DNA of 51,282 nucleotides from Reclinomonas americana ATCC 50394 (taxonomy: Eukaryota), in the NCBI GenBank assembly GCA_048213135.1, contig PS015098.1, positions 123,965-175,246 of the forward strand, written 5' to 3'. Under the pieces are notes generated by a model. That model worked only from the letters and a program-made list of their open reading frames with translations, was not told where the DNA came from and made no database searches. Shown here piece by piece: positions 50,151 to 51,282 of the stretch. The first letter of the stretch is position 1. Each line of letters starts with the position of its first letter. The position numbers and the translations under genes are program-made.

Positions 50151-51282
50151 TCAGTTTCCTGCACGCTTGTCTTGCAACTTCAGGAGGAAGTAGCCGAGAA
50201 TACGGAAGAACATGTACAGCGCAATCAGAATGACGGCACACTTCCACAGTTGCTCGCCCTGCGATGAAGAGGCATCGGTAAGTAAGTTGGTGAGCTGAGC
50301 GCTGAACAGTCACCGTCGACACTCACCAAGAATCCGAGCGCAGCCAGGTGCGTGTCGCCCGAGAAGGTCTTGCAGAGGCCCTTGGAGACCTCGGCCGGAG
50401 TGCAGATGAACGGCACACTGGTGGTGGTGGTGGTGTTGATGTGAGAGAAGGTTCGACGCGCGTGCATGAAGAAACAAGCAGGCTTACCCAGTGAACTCGT
50501 TGACGACCATGGCCTCGAACGCCCATCGCACAAACGAAATGTAGGTAATCTGTTTGCGCAGCCGTCATGTCAGTACGAGAAGGGGAGAGGAGGTAATCAC
50601 CCTCTCCTCCTCCCTTCTCTTCTCCATCTTTCTCTCCTCCTTCTCCTTGTCCTCCATTCTCTAACTCCATCCCCCCGTCGCGATTCCTGTCTCCGTGTCT
50701 GTTCTCTCCTCGCCCCGCCCCTTTCTATATCTCCTCGCTGACGATCGACACGCACCCAGCGCAACCAGACGGGAATCTATTGGTGGAAATCGCAGGTGAG
50801 TACAAGCAAGAAGGAGGAGGGGGAGGAAGACAAGTGAACAACGAAACGGTTTCGGTGTTGGCGAAGAAACCGGCGTAGCTGTGTCGTAGAGCGCAGACGG
50901 GGTGAGTGAGATGGTCGTCAACAGGAAAGAGCAAGAGCTGCGACGGGGTTTCGACGCACAGCACAAACACGACGACCTGTGTGTAACAGCAGCAGGTGAG
51001 TTTACAACCAAATCAGTCTTCTCAAATGCGGGGACAACGCACCGCCAGTGGTGCCAGGGCCGTGCCGATGGAGATGTTGGTGACGGCGGCCGAGATGGCG
51101 ATACCGAGTGCTAGCGCGACGTGGAAGAGCAACACGTAGAAGCCGATGAAAATGAAGAACGAGGAAGCCTGTGGCAAGGCATGTTAGTACAACATCAGCA
51201 CGAGACGATGACAGTCATGGAGGCACGCACCTCGCCACGCAGGCCAGCCATCCAGTACTGCACAGTGCCGAGGTGAGAAAAA
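50151..51282 (-). CDS. ABCG/White-family ABC transporter, C-terminal membrane domain (5' part outside the window)
   Basis: Spliced product YWMAGLRGE|ASSFFIFIGFYVLL..LAPLA|VVVFVL|YAGFFANTET|IPVWLRW|ITYISFVRWAFEAMVVNEFTG|VPFIC..C..FSGD..LGFL|GEQLWKCAVILIALYMFFRILGYFLL..*, a textbook ABC2-type membrane domain. Confidence 0.92.

Overview
Gene-dense, intron-rich, GC-rich eukaryotic genomic DNA from a gapped draft assembly, probably a unicellular protist; the taxon cannot be assigned from sequence alone. Flow-order noise beside the gaps suggests 454-type reads. The supplied ORF track mostly misses the real genes because they are spliced. By joining GT-AG exons by hand I model about 20 protein-coding genes. 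Recognisable genes: RRP9, RPL39, NAGLU (5' end missing), an ABCG transporter (3' part), an IQCC-like protein, a probable long-chain acyl-CoA synthetase 5' end and two WD40 proteins. Unusual architectures: a PH-PH-Arf-like GTPase; a myristoylated class-3 lipase fused to a P-loop GTPase with a tail anchor; a tandem pair of multi-TM proteins with NLS-rich disordered tails; and a small secreted protein with a duplicated 6-Cys module. The most striking window-wide signal is in the splice donors. About one in five reads GTT-GCG/TCG/ACG/GAG/CCG, which is the usual donor of this genome with an extra T at +3, suggesting a shifted or bulged 5' splice-site recognition mode. All gene models are manual and have no transcript support.
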